Assembly: GCA_963701085.1 (NCBI GenBank)
Contig: OY969561.1
Span: 768,001 to 832,000 of the forward strand
Origin: an uncultured bacterium
Lineage (GTDB): Bacteria; Babelota; Babeliae; Babelales; Vermiphilaceae
DNA: 64,000 nt
Reading direction: 5' to 3'
Shown here: positions 30,038 through 40,363 of the stretch, piece after piece
Layout of the letters: each line of letters opens with the position of its first letter
Position numbering within the stretch: position 1 is the stretch's first letter
The notes under the pieces: model-generated
Seen by the model: the letters and a program-made list of their open reading frames with translations, nothing else
Database searches by the model: none
Told to the model about the DNA's origin: nothing
Made by a program: the position numbers and the translations under genes

Positions 30038-30448
30038 GTGTTCATTTATTTATTTTTAATTGCGGCAGTGGCGACAACTTCGCCGGATTTACCAACAGTT
30101 GAAGCTACTACTGCTAAACCAACAAATGAAATTATCATCACCAATGCCATTGAAGCAAACATGCTTGAATACAAACATTGGACCGGCACCTATAATCCTG
30201 AAACATTCACCATCATGGTCAATGGTATAGAAGTAGCTCAAGGCGCTCAACACACACTACCAGCAGAAACAAAAAATGTTGATGTCATGCTTTCATATTC
30301 ATTCATGAATGGTATACGCAAAGGAACAAAAACGGTATCCTATGCTTTACATGAAAATAGTACGCAAGCAAAAATTACGTTTTCATGGAAAGATGATTGG
30401 CAGGTATTGGTTGATAATGGTAAGGCAATTAAGAAAGTAAGTACGTGA
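30038..30448 (+). CDS. Secreted beta-rich hypothetical protein
   Basis: 136-aa ORF, GTG start after AAGGA, overlaps the lgt start. Confidence 0.7.
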   Translation: MFIYLFLIAAVATTSPDLPTVEATTAKPTNEIIITNAIEANMLEYKHWTGTYNPETFTIMVNGIEVAQGAQHTLPAETKNVDVMLSYSFMNGIRKGTKTVSYALHENSTQAKITFSWKDDWQVLVDNGKAIKKVST

Positions 30449-31230
30449 AGCTCAATTTCTCCCCCGAATTAATTCATCTCTACGGCCCATTGGGCATCCA
30501 AAGCTACGGCCTTTTTATTGTTCTTGGCATTATCATAAGCATTATCGTCGGCCGCTACAACAAACGCTTTGCGCAGCTCAACCTTGAAAATTCATACATT
30601 GATATTATCATGATAAGCATTCTTGCAGGCTGCATTGGTGGACGATTCTTGGAAGTTATATCAGAACCTCTTTTATATCCACACTGGTACGATTGGTTTG
30701 CACTCTGGCAAGGAGGATTTTCTATTTTAGGCAGCATTATTGGCGTTATTACTATTGTCCCCTTTTATCTGAAAAAAATTAATGTGCCCATTATTCCCCT
30801 TTTTGATCTTGTTGCCATTTATGCTCCATTATGCCAATCCATTGCACGCTTAGGCTGCTTTACCGCTGGATGCTGTTATGGTGTTGCAACAAAAAGCATT
30901 TTTGCGGTTGTATATACCAATCCTCATACATTAGCAGCATATGGCATTCCTATCCATCCAACACAGCTGTATAGCTCCGCACTATTATTCGGCATCTTTC
31001 TTTTTATGTATTTTGTTGGTCAACGTATGTGCACAAAAGATGGACAACTTTTTTCTCTCTATCTTACCCTTGTAACACTTGAACGTTTCTTTGTTGATTT
31101 CTGGCGCGCCGATCGCATTATGATTGGCAATATTCTATCATTTCATCAAATTGTAGCGCTGTGCATAATTATGGCCATCATCATTTTCAACTACACTTGC
31201 ATCACAATGAACAAAAAAAAATCCCTCTAA
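30445..31230 (+). CDS. lgt: Prolipoprotein diacylglyceryl transferase
   Basis: YG, GGR, WQGGFS, ARLGCFTAGCCYG, HPTQLY, RFFVDFWR. Confidence 0.95.
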   Translation: MKLNFSPELIHLYGPLGIQSYGLFIVLGIIISIIVGRYNKRFAQLNLENSYIDIIMISILAGCIGGRFLEVISEPLLYPHWYDWFALWQGGFSILGSIIGVITIVPFYLKKINVPIIPLFDLVAIYAPLCQSIARLGCFTAGCCYGVATKSIFAVVYTNPHTLAAYGIPIHPTQLYSSALLFGIFLFMYFVGQRMCTKDGQLFSLYLTLVTLERFFVDFWRADRIMIGNILSFHQIVALCIIMAIIIFNYTCITMNKKKSL

Positions 31231-31305
31231 TTGTTACAATTTTGCCAATACAAAAATAAACATGTTATCCTATTTCCATTCTCAATAATAATGAAAGGAA
31301 ATAGC

Positions 31306-32439
31306 ATGACACATCGTCTTGATATCCTTATCGCTATCCATATTTCTATTGTGGCATCATGTACTGCAATGGAATTGCCATCTATAAAAAATCCCCAACA
31401 AGCTCTGTTTTTGACCAATGATCATGTTATTATAAGCCATAAACACGGATGCACCATTATTGATATAAAAACAAATAAAGAAATTATAAAGCTCAACAAA
31501 AAAAGCTTTCCACACCTTGCACTACATCCAAATAAAAAAAAAGTAGCTATCACACATGACAACTCGGTAAAAATATATACTACAAAAACAGGACAACTCG
31601 AATGGAACGTAAAAAAATCTTTAATTCATACACCCGTTGCATCGTCTATCTTTAGTCCATTATCAGATGATACAATTTTTATGAGCTATCAATGTGTTCC
31701 TATCATAATAAAATACACATACCCACAAAACAGATTCTGTATTTTAGGAAGTAGTCAGTTGCGGTTGTTTCAACAAAATCCACCAACTATTGCATTCCAT
31801 CCAACCAAGCCTCACACCTGTTCTGCATACAATCCAGGAAAAATATCTATTTTTAATGAAGAAACTTTTGAAACAAAAACAATTTTACCGATAACAGATA
31901 TGCACCCTTTTTGCGAATATAGTCCTAATGGATCGTATATCGCAGTAGGTAATCAGCACGATATTCTTATCTTGGATTCTTATACTGAAACAGAAATATC
32001 AGATTACTCTCAATCTATTGAAATGTTTTCTTTATCAAAAAAAGATAAAGATCAATTCTTAACTATGACATTTCATCCAAACAGCGCAATTCTTGCAACA
32101 TTATCCAACCACAATGGCATTGTGCACTATTGGGATGTTGCAACACGTAAACCAATTATCGAACTGCCCCCATTACACATCAATGCTACAAAAATTTATA
32201 AAGGTAAACGCCCCTGTCTTTCATTTTCACCTCACGGGAAAGACCTCATTATTACGTTTAAAAACAATTGTTATATGATGCCCGTACCATTTGAAGCAAT
32301 TTACCAAGCTGACGCAAAAAACATAGCTCCATTTGTTTGCTGGATATTTAAAAACTATCTTTTTGATGCAGACAACATGTTACCACATGACATTACACGG
32401 CTCCTTGTTTATACTTTACTTGAAACTCTTAAGCGTTAA
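31306..32439 (+). CDS. Secreted WD40-like beta-propeller protein, copy 1
   Basis: Signal ending CTA-ME; YSPNG, FHPNS, VHYWDV, FSPHG. Confidence 0.85.
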   Translation: MTHRLDILIAIHISIVASCTAMELPSIKNPQQALFLTNDHVIISHKHGCTIIDIKTNKEIIKLNKKSFPHLALHPNKKKVAITHDNSVKIYTTKTGQLEWNVKKSLIHTPVASSIFSPLSDDTIFMSYQCVPIIIKYTYPQNRFCILGSSQLRLFQQNPPTIAFHPTKPHTCSAYNPGKISIFNEETFETKTILPITDMHPFCEYSPNGSYIAVGNQHDILILDSYTETEISDYSQSIEMFSLSKKDKDQFLTMTFHPNSAILATLSNHNGIVHYWDVATRKPIIELPPLHINATKIYKGKRPCLSFSPHGKDLIITFKNNCYMMPVPFEAIYQADAKNIAPFVCWIFKNYLFDADNMLPHDITRLLVYTLLETLKR

Positions 32440-32465
32440 AAAACCCATAATAAGATGGAACCCCT

Positions 32466-33554
32466 ATGAACAATCGCCTTACTCTTATTTTTACTGCTTA
32501 TCTTTTGATTGGTATAAGTTCATGTAACGCAATAATTCATTGGCCACCGCAAAAACAAATTCAACCACTCGTTATCAACACTATCTATACAAATTTTACC
32601 GTAACAGAACCAGTGCTTATTGATCTTTTTAATAGTCCCGTTATGGAACGCATTAAGCATGTCCGACAACAGGGAACTTTGGATTATGTTATTAAACAAA
32701 AAAAAGAATACACCCGCTACGAACATTGTGTTGGTGTATGGGGACTCCTGAGAATGTACGGAGCAACACTCGAAGAACAGATAGCAGGGTTACTGCACGA
32801 TGCTTCTCATACAGTATTTTCTCACGTAGGAGATATACTCTTTAATCATAATTCAGCAGATAGTTCATACCAAGATGATATTCACGAATGGTATCTTACA
32901 CAATGGGGCGTTGATAAACTGCTTGAACAACACCATATATCTCTTGGTAGCATATTGCATAAAAGTGGCACGCACACCATGCTGGAACAAGATTTACCAA
33001 ATATATGTGCCGACCGCTTAGAATATAATCTCCAAGCGGGAATATTGACCGATATGCTCACTACTGATGATATTGCAACCATTCTTAAAGATCTGCAGTA
33101 TGATAACGGCCAATGGTTTTTTGTTAAACAAGAAAGCGCAATAAAATTGGCGTTAGTTTCTTTATTCAACACAGAACATGTTTGGAGTAGCCCCGTAAAT
33201 CAATTGATTTATCAGTGGACAGCACACGCCTTAAAAAGAGCCTTGGATATTGGATTACTCACCACTGATGATATCCACTTTTCGACCGACCCAATTGTAT
33301 GGGACAAACTGTGGATAAGTAATGACGATGTTATTGCCAACTACTTGAACAAAATAATTCATTATAAACAACTGATTACCCCTCAATCAGAAAATAACAA
33401 AGTACTACGCACAGGAAAATTCAGAGGACTCGATCCATTCGTGCAAACAGATAATACATTACAAAGATTAACGAGCATTAACAGCACCTATTGCAATGAA
33501 TACAATCGCGTTAAAGCACTATTTGACGATACTACCAAAAAAGAAACACTATGA
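32466..33554 (+). CDS. HD-domain phosphohydrolase (SAMHD1/dNTPase-like N-terminal motifs) with signal peptide
   Basis: MERIKHVRQ, TRYEHCVGV, LLHDASHTVFSH, ADRLEY. Confidence 0.85.
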   Translation: MNNRLTLIFTAYLLIGISSCNAIIHWPPQKQIQPLVINTIYTNFTVTEPVLIDLFNSPVMERIKHVRQQGTLDYVIKQKKEYTRYEHCVGVWGLLRMYGATLEEQIAGLLHDASHTVFSHVGDILFNHNSADSSYQDDIHEWYLTQWGVDKLLEQHHISLGSILHKSGTHTMLEQDLPNICADRLEYNLQAGILTDMLTTDDIATILKDLQYDNGQWFFVKQESAIKLALVSLFNTEHVWSSPVNQLIYQWTAHALKRALDIGLLTTDDIHFSTDPIVWDKLWISNDDVIANYLNKIIHYKQLITPQSENNKVLRTGKFRGLDPFVQTDNTLQRLTSINSTYCNEYNRVKALFDDTTKKETL

Positions 33555-34912
33555 AACAATACATTTATTTAAAACCTATCTCTAAACTAATTTTTTCTTG
33601 CGCTCGCCCTGAACTTGTTGAAGGGTTTTCTTCGAGCGCTCAAGGATATCCTTTATTCCCCAATTTCCACTTCGTTCCAATCGGGGTCCCCATCGAAAGG
33701 AACAGAAGATGGGGTCAAACAAGCTCAGGACGAGCGCGGGGAGGAAACTTAATATTTTTCAACTTTAGGGATAACCTCAAATTACTCATCACCGCCCATT
33801 TTTTGATTACTGCATCATGCACTGCAATGGAAAATACAGCACAGATCACCAAGCCAAACATTCTTGCGGAACTAACCTGCATAAAAGAACCTTTTAACGC
33901 TCTTTATCTTGCAGAAAACCGCATTCTGATAAATGGTAGAGACCACTGCAGTGTTGTTGACCCCACTACCAATAAAGAAATTAAAAGAATATTTGATCAT
34001 AACGGATGGTCATCAAAGATATCAGTACATCCAAACAGAACAAAATTCGCTTTCTCTGGTTATTATGGTGCACGAGATAATGAACAACAAAAAATAACAA
34101 TCTATAACACTAAAACGTATGAGATAGAACATACTATAAACTGTGATGGTGCTACGATTAACTCATTACTCTTTAGCCCATCAGACGATACCATTGCAGC
34201 AAATGAGTATGGTGTTGTTGTAACACTCTATAATTACAAAACAAATAAGACTACTATCATTGATATTAAAGAGGCGGCAAGAGAACGAGGCGACTACGAA
34301 CCAATCTTCTCATTTCATCCAACTCAACCACTCATCTGCCTTGCATGGAAGAATATATATATTCACAACCTAAAAACATCTGAGACAACAGCAAAGTACG
34401 GCGGATCAGCCTATCATTCATTTTGCGAACATAGTCCTGACGGATCTTTCATCGCAGAAGGCACGAACTCTAAAATTATTATCATGAAGCACAACCAAGA
34501 CACAGGCATAATAGATGTTATTAAACAAGACTTTGTTAGCTATTTTGACAAAATCGCATTTCATCCCAACAATAAAATTCTTATAACATTATCAAACCCA
34601 GGAGGGTTTTTAAATTATTGGGATGTGAGCACGTTTCAACACATTACTACAATGATTCCAATCTGTAGCATAAATAGTTGGGCACCATCCCTTTCTTTTT
34701 CTCCCAATGGTACAAAATTATTATTGGTGCTGGATGGCAAATGCATGGTACTCGAAGTTCCATTCGATGTACTGTACCGACCTAGCGCAAAACAGAAGGC
34801 TCTATTTGCCTATTGGTTACTCAAAAATTATCGAATCGATCAACACAATATTCTACTAGATGAAATTGCACAGTTGATCATGTATACTTTACTTGAAACG
34901 TATAAACGCTAA
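33551..34912 (+). CDS. WD40-like beta-propeller protein, copy 2, with the MITE read in frame in its signal peptide
   Basis: About 69 extra codons between MKQYIYL and KLLITAHFLITASCTAME compared with the paralogs. Confidence 0.85.
   Translation: MKQYIYLKPISKLIFSCARPELVEGFSSSAQGYPLFPNFHFVPIGVPIERNRRWGQTSSGRARGGNLIFFNFRDNLKLLITAHFLITASCTAMENTAQITKPNILAELTCIKEPFNALYLAENRILINGRDHCSVVDPTTNKEIKRIFDHNGWSSKISVHPNRTKFAFSGYYGARDNEQQKITIYNTKTYEIEHTINCDGATINSLLFSPSDDTIAANEYGVVVTLYNYKTNKTTIIDIKEAARERGDYEPIFSFHPTQPLICLAWKNIYIHNLKTSETTAKYGGSAYHSFCEHSPDGSFIAEGTNSKIIIMKHNQDTGIIDVIKQDFVSYFDKIAFHPNNKILITLSNPGGFLNYWDVSTFQHITTMIPICSINSWAPSLSFSPNGTKLLLVLDGKCMVLEVPFDVLYRPSAKQKALFAYWLLKNYRIDQHNILLDEIAQLIMYTLLETYKR
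33572..33778. mobile_element. MITE copy, about 207 bp, in frame within the WD40 gene
   Basis: TTA|AAACCTATCTCTAAACTAATTTT ... AATATTTTTCAACTTTAGGGATAACCTC; arms match 13380-13632. Confidence 0.8.
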
Positions 34913-34937
34913 AAACTCATAACAAACAACACAAACT

Positions 34938-36125
34938 ATGAAACATAACCTCACATTACTCATCACCGCCCATTTTTTGACTACTGCATCATGCACTGCA
35001 ATGGAAAGCGTACTCACCAAACCAAAATTTTGTCTTTTTTACTCTGATACTATTGTCATAGTTGCGGGAGACAATGGGTGGACTTTTTTTGATACTACAC
35101 AAAAAGCACATACAAAAATTAATGAACAAAAAATCCAAGCCCTTGGTATAAATGAAAACATAGCAGCGTTGGTCACCGGAAAAAATAAAGATACATTAGA
35201 CATTTACACTATAACAGAAGAAGGCGCACTCAGAGCCGCATGGAAATTTGAGTCTCACTCTAAAATATGCCCCATTACTGTCAGCAACCATACAGTCTTT
35301 GCTTATCACAAAGATGAAATCAAAGCTTATGATTATAGAGATAAAACAAGACATAATATTAAAGTTCCCTATCATAAATCAGCTACCATTTTTCCCCGTA
35401 TTTCATGTCATCCAACAAAAACAGAAATTATATACCCAAGCTCTCAACAAACATTATCAATTGTACAACCTTATAGCGAACCTCTTATTAAGGCCCATCT
35501 TACAATAGATTTATGCATTTGCACTGGAGGTGAATATAATCCCAATGGTACCATGCTCGCGCTTAATAATCATCATTGCCGATACTTTATATACAATGAA
35601 GAAATGCGTGATTCATTCGCTTATGAACTTGGTACAGATAACAAAAAATATATCTCTCTCGCATTCCATCCACACTATTACACGTTACTGCTTTTATCCG
35701 AAGATAACAGTCTGGAATGTTGGGATTACCTACGACGCACATTACTCTTTACCACACACCCATTAGCAAAAACTAATTATGCCATAACGGAACATTGTGC
35801 ACTCAGCAAACGCCTTGCTTTTTCTCATGATGGAACACAGTTGCTTGTTGCCTTAGAAGATGAATGGAAAATTATAACCATTCCACAGAATAATCTTTTA
35901 GTTATCTGCTGGTTACTTTATAAAAACAATCTACCAAATAATCTTAAAAACATCATTGTACGCACTATCATTGGTAACACTCCATTTTCGCAATTAAATC
36001 TTGCGGAACTCTCCACAATTGCAACACTCCCTCCAATACGCGGAGGAGTAGATTTATCCACGCAAGCAGAAAAACCAACAGAAAATATAAAAATAACCGC
36101 CGTTTACCAAAACAAACAATCATGA
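34938..36125 (+). CDS. Secreted WD40-like protein, copy 3 (divergent)
   Basis: Same signal peptide; YNPNG, AFHP, ECWDY, AFSHDG. Confidence 0.82.
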   Translation: MKHNLTLLITAHFLTTASCTAMESVLTKPKFCLFYSDTIVIVAGDNGWTFFDTTQKAHTKINEQKIQALGINENIAALVTGKNKDTLDIYTITEEGALRAAWKFESHSKICPITVSNHTVFAYHKDEIKAYDYRDKTRHNIKVPYHKSATIFPRISCHPTKTEIIYPSSQQTLSIVQPYSEPLIKAHLTIDLCICTGGEYNPNGTMLALNNHHCRYFIYNEEMRDSFAYELGTDNKKYISLAFHPHYYTLLLLSEDNSLECWDYLRRTLLFTTHPLAKTNYAITEHCALSKRLAFSHDGTQLLVALEDEWKIITIPQNNLLVICWLLYKNNLPNNLKNIIVRTIIGNTPFSQLNLAELSTIATLPPIRGGVDLSTQAEKPTENIKITAVYQNKQS

Positions 36126-37267
36126 AAAATAACATTTATTTATTAATCACCGCCCATTTTTTGATTACTGCATCATGCACTGCAATGGAAAATGCAGCAC
36201 ATACCACCAAGCCAAACATTCTTGCAGAGCTGACCTGCATAAAAGAACCTTTTAACGCTCTCTATCTTGCAGAAAACCGCATTCTGATAAATGGTAGAGA
36301 CCACTGCAGCGTTGTTGACCCCACTACCAATAAAGAAATTAAAAGAATATTTGATAATAACGAATGGTCATCCAAGATATCAGTACATCCAAACAGAACA
36401 AAATTCGCTTTCTCTGGTTATTATGGCGCACGAGATAATGAACAACAAAAAATAACAATCTATAATGCTAAAACGTATGAGATAGAACATACTATAAACT
36501 GTGATGGTGCTACGATTAACTCATTACTCTTTAGCCCATCAGACGATACCATTGCAGCAAATGAGTATGGTGTTGTTGTAACACTCTATAATTACAAAAC
36601 AAATAAGACTACTATCATTGATATTAAAGAGGCGGCAAGAGAACGAGGCGACTCCGAACCAATCTTCTCATTCCATCCAACTCAACCACTCATCTGCCTC
36701 GCATGGAAGAATATATATATTCACAATTTAGAAACTTCTACAACAATACAAAAAACTGGTTCTCGTTATTATCAACACTTTTGCACATATAGCCCTGATG
36801 GATCTTTCATCGCAAGAGGCTCAAACACTAAAATTATTATCATGAAGCCAGACCAAAACCCACATACGAGTATCGCTCAACAAAATAAAAATCACTCTTT
36901 TTTCGATATATCAATTCATCCCAACAACAAAATTCTTATAACACTATCAAACCCAGGAGGGTTTTTAAATTATTGGGATGTGAGCACGTTTCAACACATT
37001 ACTACAATGATTCCAATCTGTAGCATAAATAGTTGGGCACCATCCCTTTCTTTTTCTCCCAATGGTACAAAATTATTATTGGTGCTGGATGGCAAATGCA
37101 TGGTACTCGAAGTTCCATTCGATGCACTTTATCAACCGAGCACAAAAGAAAAAGCCATCCTTGCACACTGGCTACTCAAAAATTATCAAATCGATCAACA
37201 CAATATTCTACCAGATGAAATTGCACGGCTGATCATGTATACTTTGCTTGAAACGTGTAAACGCTAA
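36122..37267 (+). CDS. Secreted WD40-like protein, copy 4
   Basis: Long blocks nearly identical to copy 2. Confidence 0.87.
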   Translation: MKNNIYLLITAHFLITASCTAMENAAHTTKPNILAELTCIKEPFNALYLAENRILINGRDHCSVVDPTTNKEIKRIFDNNEWSSKISVHPNRTKFAFSGYYGARDNEQQKITIYNAKTYEIEHTINCDGATINSLLFSPSDDTIAANEYGVVVTLYNYKTNKTTIIDIKEAARERGDSEPIFSFHPTQPLICLAWKNIYIHNLETSTTIQKTGSRYYQHFCTYSPDGSFIARGSNTKIIIMKPDQNPHTSIAQQNKNHSFFDISIHPNNKILITLSNPGGFLNYWDVSTFQHITTMIPICSINSWAPSLSFSPNGTKLLLVLDGKCMVLEVPFDALYQPSTKEKAILAHWLLKNYQIDQHNILPDEIARLIMYTLLETCKR

Positions 37268-37300
37268 AACCATAACACCCATAACAATATGACCCAAACT

Positions 37301-38350
37301 ATGAAACATAACCTCAAATTACTCATCACCGCTCATTTTTTGATTACTGCATCATGCACTGCAATGGAAAATGCAGCACATATCACCAAGCCAAACATTC
37401 TTGCAGAATTAACCTGCATAAAAGAACCATACACTGCTTTCTATCTCACAGAAAACCGTGTTCTTATCAATGGCAGCGACCAATGCAGTGTTGTTGACCC
37501 CACTACCAACAAAGAAATTAAAAGAATTTTTGATAATAACGAATGGTCTTCATGTATATCAGTACATCCAAACAAAACAAAATTCGCTTTCTCCGCTCAC
37601 TATCCGCCAGACAATAAGCAAAAAATAACAATATATGACACTAAAACGTGCACCGTAGAACATACTATAAACTGGGATGGCGCTACCTTAGAATCATTGC
37701 TCTTTAGCCCATTAGACGATACCATTGCAACAGTTATATTTAATTCTGTTAATGCAAAATTCTATAATTATAAAACAAACAAAACAACTATTACTGATAT
37801 TGAAGAAGCAGCAAGAAGAATAAAACAAACGATACCCAATAGGCCAGCCTCCCATTCATTTTGCGAACATAGCCCTAATGGATCTTTCATCGCAAGGGGA
37901 ACGGGCTCTCAAATTATTATCACGAAGCCCAATCAAGACACATATACAATAGATGTTCCTAAAATATACAACACTAGCTGCTTTAACAAAATAGCATTTC
38001 ATCCCAACAGTAAAATTCTTATAACATTATCAAATCCAGAAGGGTTTTTAAATTATTGGGATGTGAGCACATTTCAACACATTACTACAATGACTCCAAC
38101 CTCTGCTAGGGCAACTTGGCCAGTATCATCATCCCTGTCTTTTTCTCCCAATGGTACAAAACTGCTACTCGTGGTACATGGAAAATGTACGGTACTTGAA
38201 GTTCCATTCGATGTACTGTATCAACCTGGCGCACAACAGAAGGCTCTATTTGTCTATTGGCTACTCAAAAACTTAAACAATGACCCTGATCTACCACAAG
38301 ACGTAAGGCATTTATTGGTACACACAACACTTGAAACACTCAAACGTTAA
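37301..38350 (+). CDS. Secreted WD40-like protein, copy 5 (about one blade shorter)
   Basis: MKHNLKLLITAHFLITASCTAME; lacks the EPIFSFHPTQPLICLAW segment. Confidence 0.85.
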   Translation: MKHNLKLLITAHFLITASCTAMENAAHITKPNILAELTCIKEPYTAFYLTENRVLINGSDQCSVVDPTTNKEIKRIFDNNEWSSCISVHPNKTKFAFSAHYPPDNKQKITIYDTKTCTVEHTINWDGATLESLLFSPLDDTIATVIFNSVNAKFYNYKTNKTTITDIEEAARRIKQTIPNRPASHSFCEHSPNGSFIARGTGSQIIITKPNQDTYTIDVPKIYNTSCFNKIAFHPNSKILITLSNPEGFLNYWDVSTFQHITTMTPTSARATWPVSSSLSFSPNGTKLLLVVHGKCTVLEVPFDVLYQPGAQQKALFVYWLLKNLNNDPDLPQDVRHLLVHTTLETLKR

Positions 38351-38559
38351 TCAATACTACGTAATTAAAAAAGTTTATTGCGTATGCTGGCCGACACGGT
38401 ACACTAATATTTATATGTAACTTATAAAAAAACCAGTAAACAACATTAATTTCTCATTGCGCTCGTCAGATTCTTTTAATGGGGTCCCCAGGTAAAAATC
38501 TCTAAATAAGGGCACCCGACTGTAACGTAGTGAAAGTTGGGTTAAGAAATTGGGGCAGA

Positions 38560-40344
38560 ATGAATTTATTTAGTTTTATTAAAGAACGCGTTTCAATTCT
38601 TGATGTTATTAATGAGTACGTCACGCTCAGAAAGGCTGGTGGGTACCACAAAGGCACCTGCCCATTTCACCATGAAAAAACAGCCTCTTTTACCGTAAGT
38701 CCTGATAAAGAGATATTCTATTGTTTTGGTTGCCATCTTTCCGGTGATGCCATCTCATTCATTGCAAAAATTGAAAACTGCTCACAAAAAGATGCTGCAA
38801 AGCTGTTAGCTGAAAAATACAGTATTGATCTTCCCCAGAACATCTCTTTTGAGCTATCAGAAAAACATACGGAAGAAAAAAATCACTATTTCTCTATCTG
38901 CAAGGCAGTAGCGCTTTGGTGCAATGAACAGTTGCTTAAAAATCCGTCAGCGCAGACATACTTCCAACGCCGTGAATTCGGGAAAGACAGCTTTGACTAT
39001 TTTACGCTTGGCTACTTTCCGAGCGGCAATGCAAGTATTAATGATTTACTCTATTCAATGAAGCGGCAATCAATTCTGCCGCGCGATCTTATTGATGCAC
39101 ATATTTTAGCCGAGGGCCGCACAACACTCTATTCGCCATTTGAAGAACGTCTTATTTTCCCTATCAAAGATATTTTAGGCAGACATTGTGGCTTTGGTGG
39201 TCGTATTTTTAAAGATCATGATACCCGGCCAAAATATTATAACTCTCGTGAAAATGAATATTTTATCAAAGGTTCACTGCTTTTCAACCTTGATAAAGCA
39301 AAAAAAAGTATCCAAGAAACGGGAAAAATATTCCTCGTGGAAGGATATACCGATTGCATGGCAATGACACAACAGGGATTTCCTAATACCGTTGCCACCT
39401 TGGGCACTGCATGCACCATTGAACATCTTAAACAACTTGCACGGTACGCGGAGCATATTTACGTTGTCTATGACAATGATTCAGCGGGCAAACAGGCGGT
39501 GCTACGCCTGACCGAACTGTGTTGGCAGGTAAATCTGGAACTTAAAGTTATTTTATTACCCCAAGGGGAAGATCCTGCATCATTCTTTGCAAAAAAAGGT
39601 GATATGCAAGCACTCATCCATGCTGCACAAGACATTTTCCTCTTTTTTATTGATGCACTTGGGCAGAACTTTATCAGTAAACCACTCAGCCAAAAAATTC
39701 AAATAACACGCTCATTTATCAATGTTATCGCCGATATTGCTGATCCGCTTAAAAAAGATATTCTCCTACAAAAAGCTGCCAAAACATTCGATATCCCCTT
39801 TGGGTCTCTCAAAGAAGAGTTGGGACGAACTGAAAATATATTCGATGACAGGCAACCAACTGCTGCACGAACGAGCAATACCCTTCAAACACCCTCTTTA
39901 TCAGGCGAATTAGTCCCATTGCTAGAAAAACGAATCTTTTGTGCTATAATGAATAATATGCAGCTCTTTGTGGGGGAAAGCAGGCTACGTCTTATAAAAT
40001 ACCTACCATCACCCCTGCGAGATATTTTAGCAAAACTAAAGGCAACTAAAGAAAAGGCAGAAGAAGTTACCTTTGGTCTTTTTTTTGATACACTCAATGA
40101 ATTAGAGAGACAGTATGTTAGCAAATTACTCCTTGAAGAGAATGAAATAGTAGACATCACTGCATTTGATAAACTTCTTGAACAGCTACAAAAAAAACAG
40201 TGGAAAATTATCGTACGCGATATAAAAATACAGTTGGCTCGGGCAAAACAAGAAGGCGATGCGGGTAAAATATCTCTTATATTGCGTGATTTAATGGAAT
40301 TGCAAAGCAAACTCATTCCAGCACCACACCCAGATAGCCTCTAA
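38560..40344 (+). CDS. dnaG: DNA primase
   Basis: [45 protein letters not shown]. Confidence 0.97.
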   Translation: MNLFSFIKERVSILDVINEYVTLRKAGGYHKGTCPFHHEKTASFTVSPDKEIFYCFGCHLSGDAISFIAKIENCSQKDAAKLLAEKYSIDLPQNISFELSEKHTEEKNHYFSICKAVALWCNEQLLKNPSAQTYFQRREFGKDSFDYFTLGYFPSGNASINDLLYSMKRQSILPRDLIDAHILAEGRTTLYSPFEERLIFPIKDILGRHCGFGGRIFKDHDTRPKYYNSRENEYFIKGSLLFNLDKAKKSIQETGKIFLVEGYTDCMAMTQQGFPNTVATLGTACTIEHLKQLARYAEHIYVVYDNDSAGKQAVLRLTELCWQVNLELKVILLPQGEDPASFFAKKGDMQALIHAAQDIFLFFIDALGQNFISKPLSQKIQITRSFINVIADIADPLKKDILLQKAAKTFDIPFGSLKEELGRTENIFDDRQPTAARTSNTLQTPSLSGELVPLLEKRIFCAIMNNMQLFVGESRLRLIKYLPSPLRDILAKLKATKEKAEEVTFGLFFDTLNELERQYVSKLLLEENEIVDITAFDKLLEQLQKKQWKIIVRDIKIQLARAKQEGDAGKISLILRDLMELQSKLIPAPHPDSL

Positions 40345-40363
40345 CAGTAATTATAATAAAAAT

